A stretch of DNA of 46,392 nucleotides from an uncultured Clostridia bacterium (GTDB taxonomy: Bacteria > Bacillota > Clostridia > Oscillospirales > Ruminococcaceae), in the NCBI GenBank assembly GCA_945935925.1, contig CAMERU010000001.1, positions 1 through 46,392 on the forward strand. The letters are read 5' to 3'. Each line of letters begins with the position of its first letter. Position 1 is the stretch's first letter. The notes beneath the pieces were generated by a model. The model was not told where the DNA came from. It did no database searches and saw only the letters and a program-made list of their open reading frames with translations. The translations under genes and the position numbers were made by a program. This document shows positions 17,576 to 26,772 of the stretch, piece after piece.

Positions 17576-19921
17576 TCAGAAGCTCAGCAGGACGCGGATA
17601 AAGCACATATAATAATACACGAACCACGTTGGCATTTTTTCAAGCTTTTCAAGCTTTTCCCGGCTGAATTTCATGTTGCGCCAGCCGAGCCTGAACGCAA
17701 GGCGGTGGTTCCAGCGGCACTTTCCGCTGACGTCAACGTTGAGCGGCTTGCCCTCCTTTTGGAACAGCTCCTGCTTTGCCTTGGCGCAGTTCCACTTGAA
17801 CACGAGCGCGCGCTTCTGCGAGCGGAGCATACGCTCGTCGTCAAGCTTTGCGTCGACTATCGCGCCCGCTTGTACGGCGGAGCGGTACATCTCAAGCGCC
17901 CGCTGCGTGCGGATAACGCAGCTTGTGTGCTTTATCGGGTTCTTTTTCATCTCCTTGAGCCAGATGTCGCCGAAGCTTATGTCGGCGGCGTAGCCGTACT
18001 GATCCTGACACACCATGCAGCTTTCGCGGCTGAAAAAGTACGCGTTTTTGTAGGCGCATATCGTTTTCGGGTAGGAGAGGGTCTTTTCGCTGCCGTCGGC
18101 GTATTTAACGGTGGACAGCCCGCGCCAGTGACCGCGGCGGTAATACAGCCGCACCGCGCCGTCAAGAGATATTTTCTTTTTCTTAAGAGGAACAAGCGTC
18201 GCGTTTTCATGGTGGCTGCCCGAGCAGTAAAGCCCGAGCTTGAGCACTACCTTTTCTTTCAGCGCGGGCTTGTGCTCAAGTATGTTGTCGAACGCCCGCA
18301 TCTGACACGGAACAAGCACCACGGCAAGCCTGCCCTTGAAATCCTCAAGCATTTTAGTATGCTGAAGCAGCGGCATTGACATATACACCGATGAAGAAGC
18401 CTCGCGAAGCTGCTCGGGGGTTGTCGCGATGTAGGACTTGTAGCCGAGCTTTCCGTCCTTTATATCGCTGCGGGTGACCCATGCGCCGTCTATCTGCCCG
18501 CTTTCCAGCAGGTGGCACAGCAGCGCGGTGACCATTCCTCCCGAGGCAGCATTGGCGCGTATCGTTTCGTCGGCGGCGTAGCCCATGCGGCAGCAGAGGT
18601 GCTTGCCGATGTATTTATCGGGGTCGTTGAAATCAAGGAGCTTTACCTTTTTCGGCTTTTCCATAACCTTGTCAATGACCTCGCTTATCAGTCGGATATT
18701 GTCGCGGGAGCTTTCGAGGACATCGGGCAGCGCGGCGCGTATCTGTCCGCGGATATTATCGCTCTCCGCGATAAAGCCGATGAACTTTTCCTTCAGCTTG
18801 TCAAGGTCAAGCTGCGAGAAATCCACCGCGTATTCACCCAGCCCGAACATATCAAGGACTTCCTTGTACTTGTGGCTCCAGCCGATAAGCAGAGTAGGGA
18901 CGCATTTTTCGAGAGCGCCTATCATTGCGTGGAATCGGCTCGCAACAAGCGCGTCGCAGCGTGAGATGAGCTCGCGTATCTCCTCGGGGGACATTTCGCG
19001 CGGATACCACCGCACCGCAGCCTTGTCGCGCACCGAATTATATACCTCGCCGCATATGAGCAGGTCGTTGTTGCGGGGCTTGACGCTTCCCTCGCGGGCG
19101 GCGTTGGCGATTATGAGGACATTGTAGTCCTTTTCGTTGAGCCAGTTTATAAAGTTGGTCATTATCCCCTTGTAATCCTTGCCGAGCTTTTCGCACTTGC
19201 CCTGAACAACGCTGGATATCGACAGCGCGATAACACGCTTTTTGTAGAAATTGTCCTCCTCGCAAAGCTTTTCGACCTTTTCCGTCCAATACTCGCTGTC
19301 GGGCATGGAAAACGCTCCGTCGGCGCACAGCTTGACATTTTTGGTTATGCCTATGGACGCGAGGTTATCCTGCGTTATTTTTCCGCGCGCGCAGATAAGC
19401 TTTATTTTCGGCAGTATCCACTTGGCGAGGAATTTGTTCCACGGGTTCTTGAACGTGCCGAGAGCCTGCGAATATTTTACAACGGGAACGCCGCACAGCA
19501 TAGGCACCGCCGCGCAGACGAACGCGTATGTATTCATGACGAAGCCGCGGCTGTCTACGAACGAAATACCCGCCTCGTCGATAACGAGGTCGCACTGCGA
19601 ATATGCCTTGATTATCTTGTCCATTTTAAGCAGCTTTCCGAAAAACGGTACGAACCGCAGGAAGCTGTACAGTATTGCGAGCGGGAAAGACAGGAAAAGA
19701 AGCCGCTCGGGCTTTGCGTTGACGACCTTTATGTTGTCGTATTTCTCGGGCATTTCGGCTATGAGCTTTCTGTCCGCGGCGGGGTAAGTCGACATTAAGA
19801 AAATGTTCAGCCGCTCGCCGTATTTTTCGCGGAGCTGCTTTACGCTGCTTTGAAGCATGGCTGCCGCGCCCTTGTTACCGCTGAAGCAGGCGGCTGTTAT
19901 TGCTATGTTTACCGATCTCAT
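17576..19921 (-). CDS. Fusion: polysaccharide pyruvyltransferase (WcaK-like) + coenzyme F420 hydrogenase beta-subunit (FrhB/FdhB)-like domain
   Basis: N-half GNKGAAAM, SQALGTF, ICARG, ADGAF, ASRFHAMI, WSHKY. C-half ASGGMVTALL...GQIDGA, PCQ, LGLYC, CMVCQD...ADISFGDIW. Confidence 0.85.
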   Translation of the reverse strand: MRSVNIAITAACFSGNKGAAAMLQSSVKQLREKYGERLNIFLMSTYPAADRKLIAEMPEKYDNIKVVNAKPERLLFLSFPLAILYSFLRFVPFFGKLLKMDKIIKAYSQCDLVIDEAGISFVDSRGFVMNTYAFVCAAVPMLCGVPVVKYSQALGTFKNPWNKFLAKWILPKIKLICARGKITQDNLASIGITKNVKLCADGAFSMPDSEYWTEKVEKLCEEDNFYKKRVIALSISSVVQGKCEKLGKDYKGIMTNFINWLNEKDYNVLIIANAAREGSVKPRNNDLLICGEVYNSVRDKAAVRWYPREMSPEEIRELISRCDALVASRFHAMIGALEKCVPTLLIGWSHKYKEVLDMFGLGEYAVDFSQLDLDKLKEKFIGFIAESDNIRGQIRAALPDVLESSRDNIRLISEVIDKVMEKPKKVKLLDFNDPDKYIGKHLCCRMGYAADETIRANAASGGMVTALLCHLLESGQIDGAWVTRSDIKDGKLGYKSYIATTPEQLREASSSVYMSMPLLQHTKMLEDFKGRLAVVLVPCQMRAFDNILEHKPALKEKVVLKLGLYCSGSHHENATLVPLKKKKISLDGAVRLYYRRGHWRGLSTVKYADGSEKTLSYPKTICAYKNAYFFSRESCMVCQDQYGYAADISFGDIWLKEMKKNPIKHTSCVIRTQRALEMYRSAVQAGAIVDAKLDDERMLRSQKRALVFKWNCAKAKQELFQKEGKPLNVDVSGKCRWNHRLAFRLGWRNMKFSREKLEKLEKMPTWFVYYYMCFIRVLLSF

Positions 19922-19936
19922 GTGATAACCATTCCT

Positions 19937-20662
19937 TTAGCTTGATTTGGGTGTTTTCTTGACTTTGATTTTGAAATGCCTGCCGCACTTTCTTGCGAGA
20001 AGATCTCTGAGCTGCATGGGCGTTCCGCGCAGGAACTGCGTTTTGTCGCAGATTATTGTTTCGGCGCGCTTTCCGTTTTCGTCGACGGGGAAGAGGTAGA
20101 AGCTGTGGGCGCATTCCACCGCCTGTGTTATCCGGCTGTACGGCAGGGAACGGCGCGCTGCTTCGGCGTCGTCGTCGGCGGCGGATACCCTTGCGACGGA
20201 GTTTCCGTCGGCGTCTACCTGCTGCTTTTGTGGAACGGCGCGGGATATCGTGAGATTAATCTCCTCCTCGGCAAATTCCGCGTTAATGACCTTGTTGTAG
20301 TAGTCCTCGAGGGAATCCGCCTGCTTGTTGAAATAATGGATACGCATATTATGCGGCAATGTCGCAAAAATAAGGAATATCACGCCGAATATCACCGCGA
20401 GCACCCATTCCGAGCACCACACCGCCGACAGCATTATAAGGAAGAAAAACGCCGCCGCGTAATAACAGAACGTCTGGAACGGCTTTACCCGCAGGAGGTA
20501 CAGGAAGTCGGAATATGCGCGTATGCGCGCCATGGTGCATTCCGTTTCGCATACGGGAGGACCCGCGTCCTCGCGGCTGTCCGCGTTCAGCTCCGCGAGC
20601 AGCTTTGTCAGCTTCTGCTCGGTCGACTGGAGCATTTCCTTTTTTCTCTGACGAAATGTCAT
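19937..20662 (-). CDS. YcxB-like membrane protein
   Basis: Two central TM helices, then EFAEEEI...LPYSRITQAVECAHSFYLF; ATG 20662 has a better-spaced AGGAG than 20671. Confidence 0.65.
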   Translation of the reverse strand: MTFRQRKKEMLQSTEQKLTKLLAELNADSREDAGPPVCETECTMARIRAYSDFLYLLRVKPFQTFCYYAAAFFFLIMLSAVWCSEWVLAVIFGVIFLIFATLPHNMRIHYFNKQADSLEDYYNKVINAEFAEEEINLTISRAVPQKQQVDADGNSVARVSAADDDAEAARRSLPYSRITQAVECAHSFYLFPVDENGKRAETIICDKTQFLRGTPMQLRDLLARKCGRHFKIKVKKTPKSS

Positions 20663-20707
20663 ATATAACATTCTCCTTTTGAAATCGCAGAATTATCAAT
20701 CTTTCTT

Positions 20708-20736
20708 ATTATAACACTTTATGCTCCGAAATGCAA
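20708..20736 (-). promoter_or_regulatory. SigA promoter of YcxB / fusion / flippase operon
   Basis: TTGCAT-17 nt-TATAAT with TGn extension on the minus strand. Confidence 0.7.
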
Positions 20737-20885
20737 CACAGGGACGAAAAAATCACAAAAAATTCACATGAAACCTATTGGCAATATAACCAAAAATGCT
20801 CTTTTGCATAATCAACATAATGTAAAATTAGCTGAACAAAAATTACAAAACGGATACAAAACGCGCTTTTGCGGTTACAATACCG

Positions 20886-20923
20886 TGAAAACGGTTGACT
20901 TTTTCGCTCGTTTGGGGTATAGT
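20886..20923 (+). promoter_or_regulatory. SigA promoter of kinase-like gene with cre-like site over the -35
   Basis: TTGACT(20895-900)-17 nt-TATAGT(20918-23); TGAAAACGGTTGAC at 20886-99. Confidence 0.6.
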
Positions 20924-20981
20924 ATTATAGTACAGAAGTCTGCTTTCAGTTCAAGGACTTTTTTATGAAAGGTATAACCGA

Positions 20982-22736
20982 ATGATAAAGGAAACAACTT
21001 TATGCATGGGCTGCATGAACGACAAGCCCTATGACGGTCCGTGCAAGCTCTGCGGATATAGCGACGACGCGCCCTGTATCCCGGGGTATCTTGTCCCCAA
21101 GACGTTCCTCAATGAGAGGTATATCGTGGGCAAGCTGCTAAGCTACAACGGCGAGGGCGCTGTTTATATGGGCTATGACGCCGCGGCGGGCGCAAAGGTG
21201 ACCATAAAGGAATTTATGCCCGACACGCTCTGCTCAAGAAAGCGCGGCGAAACCGAGATGACAGTTAATCCCGAGTCCAGCGCGCTCTACAAGACATATA
21301 TGTCGGAGTTTGCCGACCTCAACCGCTCGCTCATGAAGCTGCGCGGAATGGCGCATATACAGGCGGTGCTTGACGTTTTCTATGAAAACGGGACCTGCTA
21401 CGCCGTGTTTGAGTTTATAAGCGGCATTTCGCTCAAGACCTATCTCTTAAACTCCGCGGGCGAGCTTTCGTGGGAGCAGGTCAAGGAGCTTTTCCCGCCG
21501 ATACTGACGACGCTCAGCCTTGTCCACGCGGCGGGGATAATCCACCGCGGTATCTCTCCGCAGACGATATTCGTTACGGACAAAATGGAGCTCAAGCTTG
21601 CGGGGTTCTGCATTTCCGCGGCGCGCACGACCAACACCGAGATAGCCTGCGAGGTGTTCTCGGGGTATGCCGCGCCGGAGCAGTACACCAACGAGATAAA
21701 CGGCACATGGACGGACGTTTACGGCATTTCCGCCGTGCTTTACCGCGCGCTCACGGGGACAGCCCCTGCGGAAGCCATCGCCCGCACGGGCGGAAGTATG
21801 CTGGAGCCGATGATGATAAACAGGAACATTCCGCAGAACGTTTCACGGGTCATCATGAGCGGCATGAAGCTCTCGCCCGAGTCGCGCATACGCAGCATAA
21901 CCGAGTTTGTCGACAAGCTTTTCGCACAGCCGAAATATATCCCCTCGGAAAACGGCGCGCGCAATGAGCGCCCCCTGACGCGTCAGCAGGAAAAGCGCCT
22001 TAAAAAGCAGAAAAAGGAGCGCGTCAAGACCATTGTCGTGCTTGCCGTGGTGGGAGTTGTTCTTATTACGTTCGCGGTGGTATTCGCGCTGACGATATCC
22101 GGCGCGTTCGGCGCGGGGTCAGCCGGCGGCTCCGAGCCGGAGCCGTCGCAGGCGGTGACCGAGGAGGTTTCCGTACCGGAGCAGACATCCTCCGTACCCG
22201 TTACAACGTCGCAGCCGCCCGACACTACGCCTGTTGCGCCCGAGGCGAACATCAGCGTCCCTGACTTCACCAACCGCCGCTATGAAAACACCGTTTCGCG
22301 CTACGAGGGCATTTTCACGTTCATTCCGACCTATGAATATTCCGACGAATATGCGGCGGGAATGATGTTCGATCAGTCTGTCGATGCGGGAACGTTCGTC
22401 AGCGAAGGCGTTCAGATAGAGGTCAAGGTCAGCAAGGGACGCAGCCTCGTCCCGCTGCCCGAATATGAGGGAATGACCCTGAGCGCTTACATAAGGGAGC
22501 TCAGCAGCCAGAATATAAAATATTCTGTCAGCAAAAAGAAAACAAACGATGTTCCCGACGGAAATGTCGCGGAGTGCAGCAAGGCGGTGGGCGACCTTGT
22601 GAACGTTGCCGACGGGGAAACGATAACCGTATATGTCGCGCAGAATTTCGAAGCGGAGCCTGCTCCCGAAACTGCCGACGAATCGGGAGATACGACCGCC
22701 GCCGAGGGCGGAAACGAAACGGAGGAGCAGGAATAA
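20982..22736 (+). CDS. Membrane Hanks-type kinase-like protein (probable pseudokinase) with N-terminal Cys4 knuckle and PASTA-like domains
   Basis: CMGC...CKLCG; VTIKEF; HRGISPQTI; LAGFC; GYAAPEQY; TDVYG; TM helix; VPDFTN...QSVDAG...VKVSKG and LPEYEG repeats. Confidence 0.85.
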   Translation: MIKETTLCMGCMNDKPYDGPCKLCGYSDDAPCIPGYLVPKTFLNERYIVGKLLSYNGEGAVYMGYDAAAGAKVTIKEFMPDTLCSRKRGETEMTVNPESSALYKTYMSEFADLNRSLMKLRGMAHIQAVLDVFYENGTCYAVFEFISGISLKTYLLNSAGELSWEQVKELFPPILTTLSLVHAAGIIHRGISPQTIFVTDKMELKLAGFCISAARTTNTEIACEVFSGYAAPEQYTNEINGTWTDVYGISAVLYRALTGTAPAEAIARTGGSMLEPMMINRNIPQNVSRVIMSGMKLSPESRIRSITEFVDKLFAQPKYIPSENGARNERPLTRQQEKRLKKQKKERVKTIVVLAVVGVVLITFAVVFALTISGAFGAGSAGGSEPEPSQAVTEEVSVPEQTSSVPVTTSQPPDTTPVAPEANISVPDFTNRRYENTVSRYEGIFTFIPTYEYSDEYAAGMMFDQSVDAGTFVSEGVQIEVKVSKGRSLVPLPEYEGMTLSAYIRELSSQNIKYSVSKKKTNDVPDGNVAECSKAVGDLVNVADGETITVYVAQNFEAEPAPETADESGDTTAAEGGNETEEQE

Positions 22737-22739
22737 CAT

Positions 22740-23864
22740 ATGGATCTGGGCGAAATAAGGAAAAAGATCGACGCTATCGACGATGAAATGCTTGAGCTTT
22801 TTATAAAGCGCATGGGGCTTGCATCGGACGTTGCGCGCTATAAAGCGGCGAACAACATGGTGATTTTTCAGGGCGACCGCGAGAAATTCATCATCGACAA
22901 TGTTAAGCAGAATACCCCCGAAAATTACCGCAAGGGCGCCGAATTTCTGTTCATGAACATCATGGACATTTCAAAATGCCTTCAGATAAACGACATAACG
23001 CCGGATATCGAGATACCGCATAAGAAAAAAGCGTCGGAGCGCCCCTCCGTCGCGGTTCAGGGCACGAGCGGCGCTTACGGGCACGCCGCCTGCACCAAGC
23101 TTTTCGGAAACGGCAGCGTAAGCTTTTTCGCAAGCTTTGCGGAGGTTTTTGAGGCTGTCGAGAACGGCGACGTCGATTACGGCATTATCCCCGTAGAAAA
23201 CAGCACCGCGGGCGAGGTCACGATCAATATGGATCTCCTCGAAAAGCACAATGTGTACATCTGCCGCACGGTAAGGGTGGAGTGCGCCCATGTTCTCGCG
23301 GCGAAGCACGGAGTGCGCGAGGAGGATATCAGAATACTTTTCGGGCATGAGCAGGCTATACGTCAGTGCTCGCATTATATCGAGGGCAGGAGCGGGCTCA
23401 CCGTTATCCCGTACCACAACAACGCCTCTGCGGCGGCTATGGTCGCGGAGAACCCGAGCAACGCGCTCGGCTGCATCTGCTCGGAGGAATGCGCGGAGAT
23501 GCACGGGCTGGATATCGTACATAAGGGCATAGCCTCCGACCCGAACAATTCAACGCGGTTCATCTGCATTTCGCGCGGCGTAGAGGTGTACGACGACGCG
23601 GACACGGTTGCGGTGTCGCTTTCGATACCCAACATTTCCGGCGCGCTTTACCGCCTGCTGACAAAGTTCGCGGTGAACGGGCTGAGCATGACAAAGATAC
23701 AGTCCAAGCCGCTTCCCGTCGAGGTCAAGAAGAATTTCCCCGACGACTATATGTTCTACATCGAGTTCACGGGGAACATCGGGCAGCCTGTTATCCGCAA
23801 GCTGCTGCGTAATTTTGAAACAGAGCTGAATTATTTCAAGTTCCACGGAAATTTTAAGGGGTAA
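22740..23864 (+). CDS. pheA: Chorismate mutase / prephenate dehydratase (P-protein)
   Basis: LGEIRKKIDAIDDEMLELFIKRM; QGTSGAY, IPVENSTAG, HEQAIRQC, NSTRF; C-terminal ACT domain. Confidence 0.9.
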   Translation: MDLGEIRKKIDAIDDEMLELFIKRMGLASDVARYKAANNMVIFQGDREKFIIDNVKQNTPENYRKGAEFLFMNIMDISKCLQINDITPDIEIPHKKKASERPSVAVQGTSGAYGHAACTKLFGNGSVSFFASFAEVFEAVENGDVDYGIIPVENSTAGEVTINMDLLEKHNVYICRTVRVECAHVLAAKHGVREEDIRILFGHEQAIRQCSHYIEGRSGLTVIPYHNNASAAAMVAENPSNALGCICSEECAEMHGLDIVHKGIASDPNNSTRFICISRGVEVYDDADTVAVSLSIPNISGALYRLLTKFAVNGLSMTKIQSKPLPVEVKKNFPDDYMFYIEFTGNIGQPVIRKLLRNFETELNYFKFHGNFKG

Positions 23865-23873
23865 TCATCTGCT

Positions 23874-24569
23874 ATGGTTTCGGTTATTATTCTCGCCGCA
23901 GGCGCTTCGCTGCGCATGGACGGCGTAAACAAGCAGCTCGAGAAGATAGGCGATACGCCTGTTTTCGTGATGAGCGCGCTAAAGTTTGACTGCTGTGAAA
24001 AGGTCGGCGAGATCATCATTGCCGCCCCGCAGAATGACGCGGCGCGGTATGAAAAGCTGGCAAGAAATTTCGGCGTTACAAAGCTCGCGGCGGTGACGGA
24101 GGGCGGCGCTACGCGCTTTCTTTCGGTAAAGAATGCGCTGGAGCGCGTTTCGCCCAAGGCGGATTTTGTCGCGATACACGACGGCGCACGCCCGCTGATA
24201 CTGACCGAGGATATCGAGCGGGTGCTGATTGACGCGGAGAAATACAACGCTGCGATAGCGGCTGTTCCCGCGTCGGACACCGTAAAGCTTGTCGGGGCGA
24301 ACGGCTTTATCGAGAGCACCCCGCCCCGCAGCAAGGTTTATTACGCGCAGACGCCGCAGGTCTTTCGCAAAAAGCTGTATCTCGACTGCGTTGAAAAGCT
24401 CGGGAACAGCGCCGAGAACGTCACCGACGACAGCAGCATACTTGAGCTGTGCGGCGAGTATGTCAGAGTGACGGAGGTTTCGGGCTGCAACATGAAGATA
24501 ACCCGCCCCGACGACCTTGCCGCGGCAAAGGCTGTCCACAGCGGACGGAAAACGGTGAAGATGATATGA
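23874..24569 (+). CDS. ispD: 2-C-methyl-D-erythritol 4-phosphate cytidylyltransferase
   Basis: ILAAG..RM...NKQ, GGATR..SV, IHDGARP, DTVK, AQTPQVF, TDD, NMKITRPDDL. Confidence 0.94.
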   Translation: MVSVIILAAGASLRMDGVNKQLEKIGDTPVFVMSALKFDCCEKVGEIIIAAPQNDAARYEKLARNFGVTKLAAVTEGGATRFLSVKNALERVSPKADFVAIHDGARPLILTEDIERVLIDAEKYNAAIAAVPASDTVKLVGANGFIESTPPRSKVYYAQTPQVFRKKLYLDCVEKLGNSAENVTDDSSILELCGEYVRVTEVSGCNMKITRPDDLAAAKAVHSGRKTVKMI

Positions 24570-25036
24570 TAAGGATAGGTCACGGATACGACGTTCACCG
24601 CTTCGCCGAGGGGAGAAGGCTCGTCCTGTGCGGCGAGGAGATACCCTGCGGCGAGGGTCTGCTGGGGCATTCCGACGCGGACGTTGCGGTGCACGCGCTT
24701 ATGGACGCGGTGCTGGGCGCGCTTGCGCTGGGGGATATCGGGAAGCTTTTCCCCGACAACGATCCCGCATACGAGGGCGCGGATTCAATGAAGCTGCTTG
24801 CACAGGTGACCGCGTTAATGCGGCGCGAGGGGTTTGACCTCGGCAACGCAGATATCACCGTTATTGCCGAAAGACCGAAGCTTGCGAAATATATCCCGAA
24901 AATGCGGGAGAACATCGCCCGCGCGTTCGGGTGTGATGTCGGCTGTGTTTCTGTCAAGGCGACCACCGAGGAGGGGCTTGGCATAGCGGGAAAAGGTATC
25001 GCCGCGCACGCGGTGGTGCTTCTGGAGAAAAAGTGA
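24566..25036 (+). CDS. ispF: 2-C-methyl-D-erythritol 2,4-cyclodiphosphate synthase
   Basis: MIRIGHGYDVH, GHSDADVAVHALMDA, GDIGKLFPD, VSVKATTEEGLG; ATGA overlap with ispD. Confidence 0.96.
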   Translation: MIRIGHGYDVHRFAEGRRLVLCGEEIPCGEGLLGHSDADVAVHALMDAVLGALALGDIGKLFPDNDPAYEGADSMKLLAQVTALMRREGFDLGNADITVIAERPKLAKYIPKMRENIARAFGCDVGCVSVKATTEEGLGIAGKGIAAHAVVLLEKK

Positions 25037-25041
25037 AGATC

Positions 25042-25074
25042 GCGTCGGAGAATATCAGCTCCGGCGCTTTTTTT
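25042..25074 (+). terminator. Rho-independent terminator after ispF
   Basis: GCGTCGGAG...CTCCGGCGC followed by T7. Confidence 0.85.
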
Positions 25075-25095
25075 ATAAAATTACCCCGATAGCAC

Positions 25096-25124
25096 TTGCA
25101 AAATAGCGCAGAACAGGGTATAAT
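25096..25124 (+). promoter_or_regulatory. SigA promoter
   Basis: TTGCAA-17 nt-TATAAT. Confidence 0.75.
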
Positions 25125-25215
25125 AAATATGGAGCGCCTCTGAAAAACTTGTTTCGTCAAACCGTTTTTTGGAGAGGTCCCTATGTATCTTGTATTATCC
25201 GCCGAGGTGAAATAA

Positions 25216-25845
25216 ATGGAATTTATCAGCGAGCGCACCGCGTTCACCCTGCTTTCGGAAACTGTCGTAAAAGCGGGAGTGTCCCTGTTCAACGCCGTCA
25301 AGTATATCTACATGATCGCGGACAAGGATTTCTATAATATCAACATAAAGGATATTTTCAGGATCTCGCTCAACGACGTCACAAACACGACCTGCCTTTT
25401 CAACACGGGGATAAAGCTCGACAAGGAGCGCTGCAAGGAAATGAACTCCCCCGAGTACGAGCGCGTGCTGTCGCTGATGGTTTATTCCTTCGCGGTAAGG
25501 CTGCCCGAGCTTAAAAATGTCAAAACAAAGGGCGGAACGCTCACCGATAAGCAGATACGCATGATTTTCGACATGGTGACCGCAAAGGGCGCTGCAAATT
25601 TCGAGAACGTCATCACGGACGACTTCGATGACATACGCCGAATGGTGAAGCAGGGGCGGAGCGTTCCCGCATACGACGCGGAATGGTTCAAGGGGTATAT
25701 TTATTCATATGTTCCCGCCCTCGCGGCGATAAATAACAAGAACGTTTTCCTGCTCGGAAGTGCGGACATTCTGTTCACGCTGTTCCACAGCTGCCTTGAG
25801 GAACAGCTTGAAAGGCTGCTGGACTCGCTTTCCGCGCAGGCGTGA
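25216..25845 (+). CDS. Hypothetical protein (209 aa)
   Basis: GAGGTG RBS, host-like codon usage, own promoter; no family recognised. Confidence 0.8.
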   Translation: MEFISERTAFTLLSETVVKAGVSLFNAVKYIYMIADKDFYNINIKDIFRISLNDVTNTTCLFNTGIKLDKERCKEMNSPEYERVLSLMVYSFAVRLPELKNVKTKGGTLTDKQIRMIFDMVTAKGAANFENVITDDFDDIRRMVKQGRSVPAYDAEWFKGYIYSYVPALAAINNKNVFLLGSADILFTLFHSCLEEQLERLLDSLSAQA

Positions 25846-25872
25846 GATAATATTTGTAAAGGGAGTATCGTT

Positions 25873-26724
25873 ATGGCAAGGGTTAAAATTTGTGCGGACA
25901 GCGTTTGCGACCTTTCGGAGGAATTCAAAAAAAGGTATGACATCAGCGTTGTCCCGCTGTATGTGACAAAGGGCGATCAGACGCTCAAGGACGGTGTTGA
26001 GATATCGCAGAAGGACGTTTTCGCGCATTACCGCTCGACGGGTAAGCTCTGCTCGACGAGCGCGGTCAATGTGGACGATTTTACCAAATTTTTTGAGGAA
26101 CAGCTTGTCGGCTATGACGAGCTTATTATCATTACGATAAGCGCGGAGTTTTCCGGCTGCTATCAGAACGCCTGCATTGCCGCCGAGGAATTTCCGAATG
26201 TCCGCGTGGTGGATTCGAGAAATCTTTCAACGGGAGAGGGGCTTGTCGCGGTGTCCGCTGCCAAGCTTGCCGCAGAGGGGCTTTCCGCCGACGAGATATG
26301 CGAAAGGCTTTCCGACATTATTCCCCGCGTCGACGCGAGTTTCTTTGTCGCTAATGTGGAATACCTGCACAAGGGCGGCCGCTGCTCCACCATTGCCGCG
26401 CTGGGGGCAAATCTGCTTAAATTAAAGCCCTGCATAGACGTTACAGACGGCAGGATGAAGGTGACCAAGAAATACCGCGGCAGCATAGAAAAGACGATAT
26501 GCGACTATGTCAGGGACAGGCTGACCTCCGTCGAGCCCGAGGACGACCTTATTTTCATAACGCATACGACCTCCCGCGGGAACACCGACCTCACGGCTGC
26601 GGAGATAAAGAAATACCGCAGCTTTAAGGAGATAGCGGTGACCGACGCGGGCTGCACAGTCGCTTGTCACTGCGGCGAGGACACGCTCGGTATTCTTTTC
26701 ATAAGAAAGAAAGCGCAGCAGTAA
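25873..26724 (+). CDS. DegV-family fatty-acid-binding protein
   Basis: DSVCDL, STSA, ISAEFSGCYQNA, VVDSRNLS, YLHKGGR, LKLKP, VACHCG. Confidence 0.93.
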   Translation: MARVKICADSVCDLSEEFKKRYDISVVPLYVTKGDQTLKDGVEISQKDVFAHYRSTGKLCSTSAVNVDDFTKFFEEQLVGYDELIIITISAEFSGCYQNACIAAEEFPNVRVVDSRNLSTGEGLVAVSAAKLAAEGLSADEICERLSDIIPRVDASFFVANVEYLHKGGRCSTIAALGANLLKLKPCIDVTDGRMKVTKKYRGSIEKTICDYVRDRLTSVEPEDDLIFITHTTSRGNTDLTAAEIKKYRSFKEIAVTDAGCTVACHCGEDTLGILFIRKKAQQ

Positions 26725-26772
26725 AAAACGGCAGGCAATGCGCATATACTTAACCGAAGTGAGGTGTTGTAT

